DNA of 64,000 bases from Candidatus Coproplasma stercoripullorum (GTDB lineage Bacteria > Bacillota > Clostridia > Christensenellales > Borkfalkiaceae): contig DVHB01000062.1 of the NCBI GenBank assembly GCA_018712405.1, positions 1,684 to 65,683 of the forward strand, in the 5' to 3' direction. Positions 61,913 through 64,000 of this stretch are shown one piece after another. The notes under the pieces are model-generated. The model did no database searches, was not told where the DNA came from, and was given only the letters and a program-made list of their open reading frames with translations. Within the stretch, counting starts at the first letter, position 1; every line of letters begins with the position of its first letter. The translations under genes and the position numbers were made by a program.

Positions 61913-63067
61913 ATGAAAAAGTTACTGTATTTATGTTGCGCGGCCGTCGTTGCGGTCGGCACATTCTCATCCTTCGGATTTGCTAAAGCGCCGGAGGCAG
62001 CGCTTACAACCGGATGCAAATCGGCATATTTAATGGATTTTGATTCGGGGGAATGCATATACAGGGAAAATGAAACTCTGCGCACACCCATTGCCAGCGT
62101 GTGTAAGGTAATGACGCTTACACTTTGCTTTGACGCCGTGGAGAGCGGCGCGCTTTCGTTGGATGAGAAAGTGTTTATAAGCGAGAACGCTTCCGGTATG
62201 GGCGGCTCGCAGATATTCCTTGAGAGCAACAAGTCATACCCTCTTTCCGAACTGATAAAGAGTATTGTGGTATGTTCCGCCAACGACAGCTGCGTTGCCG
62301 TGGCCGAAAAAATATCGGGCAGCGAGGAAGCGTTTGTGGCCGATATGAATGAAAAAGCCGACGAACTTGGTCTTTCCGATACGCTTTTTGCCAACTGCAC
62401 AGGTCTTCCTAAAGACACGCAGTATTCTTCCGCGGCAGACGTTGCAAAGATGTTTGCAAATCTGCTGAGGCACGAAGAATACTTCAACTACAGCAAAATA
62501 TGGCTTGAAGATTTTACACATGGCGGCGGCAGGACGACTTCGATGACAAACACCAACAAATTGATACGCAGTTACAACGGATGCGACGGTGGCAAGACGG
62601 GCTTTACCAATGAGGCAGGTTTTTGCCTTGCTTCTACCGCAAAGAGGGAGAACATGCGACTTGTTTCGGTTGTGCTCGGCGCTGATACGAGCGAACACCG
62701 CTTCGTGAGCGCCGCAAAGATCTTTGACTACGGCTTTGCAAACTACAAGAACAAAATCATACTTGATAAAACCGTCACTTTAAACGACGAGTTCAGCTTA
62801 AAGGGCGGCAAAAAACCGACTTATCAAGTTATGCCCAAGGATGACTGTTATATGTTTACCGAGCGAGGGAAAGATGTTAACGCCGAATTTGTAGTCAACG
62901 ACTTCAACGTCAGGGCGCCCGTCTCTAAGGGGCAGGTAGTAGGCAGGATAGAAGTATATAAAGACGGCGTTTTATATAAGACCGTCGAAGTAATTTCTGC
63001 TGAAGACGTTAAAAAAGCAAGTTGTCTTGACAGGCTTAAGTGGGTATCTGATGGTTGGTCGCTGTAA
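61913..63067 (+). CDS. D-alanyl-D-alanine carboxypeptidase (S11 family, low-MW PBP; DacB/DacF-like)
   Basis: Start chosen at MKKLLYLCCAA (signal peptide). SVCK (SxxK), SAND (SxN) and KTGFT (KTG) motifs, plus the C-terminal PBP5 beta domain. Confidence 0.88.
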   Translation: MKKLLYLCCAAVVAVGTFSSFGFAKAPEAALTTGCKSAYLMDFDSGECIYRENETLRTPIASVCKVMTLTLCFDAVESGALSLDEKVFISENASGMGGSQIFLESNKSYPLSELIKSIVVCSANDSCVAVAEKISGSEEAFVADMNEKADELGLSDTLFANCTGLPKDTQYSSAADVAKMFANLLRHEEYFNYSKIWLEDFTHGGGRTTSMTNTNKLIRSYNGCDGGKTGFTNEAGFCLASTAKRENMRLVSVVLGADTSEHRFVSAAKIFDYGFANYKNKIILDKTVTLNDEFSLKGGKKPTYQVMPKDDCYMFTERGKDVNAEFVVNDFNVRAPVSKGQVVGRIEVYKDGVLYKTVEVISAEDVKKASCLDRLKWVSDGWSL

Positions 63068-63150
63068 ATTTTTAAAACGCATGGCAGTACGCGGCCGATT
63101 TGCCTGGTATTCGGCAATGTGCCATAATAAAAACTAAAGTTATCAATCAA

Positions 63151-63179
63151 TTGACTTGAGCGGCGTATTTTGCTAAAAT
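63151..63179 (+). promoter_or_regulatory. Sigma-A type (extended -10) promoter of lysA
   Basis: TTGACT (63151-63156), 17-nt spacer ending in TGC, TAAAAT (63174-63179). Confidence 0.55.
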
Positions 63180-63210
63180 AAAGTATATAAATTTCAGCAG
63201 GGTACCGATC

Positions 63211-64000
63211 ATGAACCAAAGAGAAACTTTAAAAATAAATAGCAAGGGGCATCTCGAAATAGGCGGGTGCGACGCTGTCGATCTCGCCAAAAATTTCGGG
63301 ACGCCTCTTTATGTGTTTGATGAAAAATACATCCGTGACATGATGCGCGTCTACCGCGACACTATAGAGAAGGAATATGGCGGTAACGGTCTTGTGCTAT
63401 ACGCCTCCAAGGCGTTTTCATGCATGGCGATATACAGGATCGCCGCGCAGGAAAATATCGGCGTAGACGTAGTTTCGGGCGGAGAGCTCTATACTGCGAT
63501 AAAGGCGGGTTTTCCTGCAGAAAAGATCTACATGCACGGTAACAACAAGCTCCTTCGCGAACTTGAGTTTGCTGTCGATGCCGGCGTCGGAACCATAGTC
63601 GTAGATTCATACGATGAAGCCGATATGCTGGATGATATTGCAAAAGCAAAGGGTGTTGAGCAGAATGTGCTCATAAGGATAAATCCAGGCGTAGAGGCGC
63701 ATACGCACGCGTTTGTGCAGACGGCCCGCACCGATTCAAAGTTCGGCTTCTCCATCTCAGACGGTACGGCCGAAAAGATGTCGGCGTACATACTCAAAAA
63801 GAAGTATCTCAATTTAAAGGGCTACCATTGCCACATCGGTTCGCAGATATTTGAAAAGCAGTCGTTCGTGCTTGCCGCACAGAAGGCCATGGACTTTATG
63901 GCAATGATAAAGTCTGATCTCGGTTTCGAAGCCGACACGCTGAATATCGGCGGTGGTTTCGGCATTTGGTACACAGACGACGACGCAAAGATAAGCGTAG
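63211..64000 (+). CDS. lysA: Diaminopimelate decarboxylase, 3'-truncated by the window end
   Basis: My own translation from ATG 63211 gives MNQRETLKINSKGHLEIGGCDAVDLAKNFGTPLYVFDE...LYASKAF...HCHIGSQ...GGGFG. It is absent from the ORF track because there is no stop codon in the window. Confidence 0.88.
   Translation, partial: MNQRETLKINSKGHLEIGGCDAVDLAKNFGTPLYVFDEKYIRDMMRVYRDTIEKEYGGNGLVLYASKAFSCMAIYRIAAQENIGVDVVSGGELYTAIKAGFPAEKIYMHGNNKLLRELEFAVDAGVGTIVVDSYDEADMLDDIAKAKGVEQNVLIRINPGVEAHTHAFVQTARTDSKFGFSISDGTAEKMSAYILKKKYLNLKGYHCHIGSQIFEKQSFVLAAQKAMDFMAMIKSDLGFEADTLNIGGGFGIWYTDDDAKISV

Noticed and set aside
63068-63210. Lysine riboswitch (L-box) upstream of lysA
   Set aside because: The spacer is only 143 nt and the promoter -10 is at 63174-63179, which leaves a leader of about 25 nt. 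There is no room for an L-box.

Overview
This 64-kb window is a core chromosomal region of a spore-forming Firmicute, most likely Clostridia; the species cannot be determined from the sequence alone. Almost every gene is on the + strand and leuS is the only minus-strand gene. I saw no rRNA, tRNA, CRISPR array, transposase, integrase or obvious defence island.

Gene content, in order:
- A biotin-dependent Na+-pumping decarboxylase operon that carries two different carboxyltransferases.
- A BaiN-type flavoprotein, an aroH-cmk fusion, plsC and an ispH-rpsA fusion.
- copA followed by an ArsR-family regulator.
- uvrC, a Cof phosphatase, a U32 peptidase and mutS2.
- A NodB deacetylase, an M16 peptidase and two DNA glycosylases.
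- tex, an orphan acpP and leuS (-).
- A T-box leader with thrS, then a leader with infC-rpmI-rplT.
- A TrmH-family methyltransferase, yebC and an unknown secreted protein.
- murB, a PHP phosphoesterase, whiA, dnaE, pfkA and a PfkB-family kinase.
- A Cys-rich protein made of two tandem repeats.
- The full spoIIIAA-AH operon.
- asp23-nusB-folD-ispA-[about 600 nt of structured non-coding RNA]-4-TM protein-dxs-tlyA-nadK-argR-recN-spoIVB.
- A small membrane protein, a D-Ala-D-Ala carboxypeptidase and a 3'-truncated lysA.

Most notable calls:
1. The ispA-dxs gap has the size, structure and exact published synteny of OLE RNA with its partner gene oapA. That system is already described, so this is not a new one.
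2. A perfect 12-bp palindrome, CATAGTACTATG, and a longer directional relative, AGTACTATGYGTGACAT, recur far more often than chance. They lie inside unrelated housekeeping genes, usually in one reading register.
3. Several gene fusions and architectures are unusual: aroH-cmk, copA with a C-terminal copZ-like module that keeps its own RBS and ATG, a hybrid decarboxylase operon, and two same-strand gene overlaps longer than 100 nt.

I found no convincing evidence for a wholly new multi-gene system. All functional calls rest on motif recognition and synteny read by eye; no searches were run.
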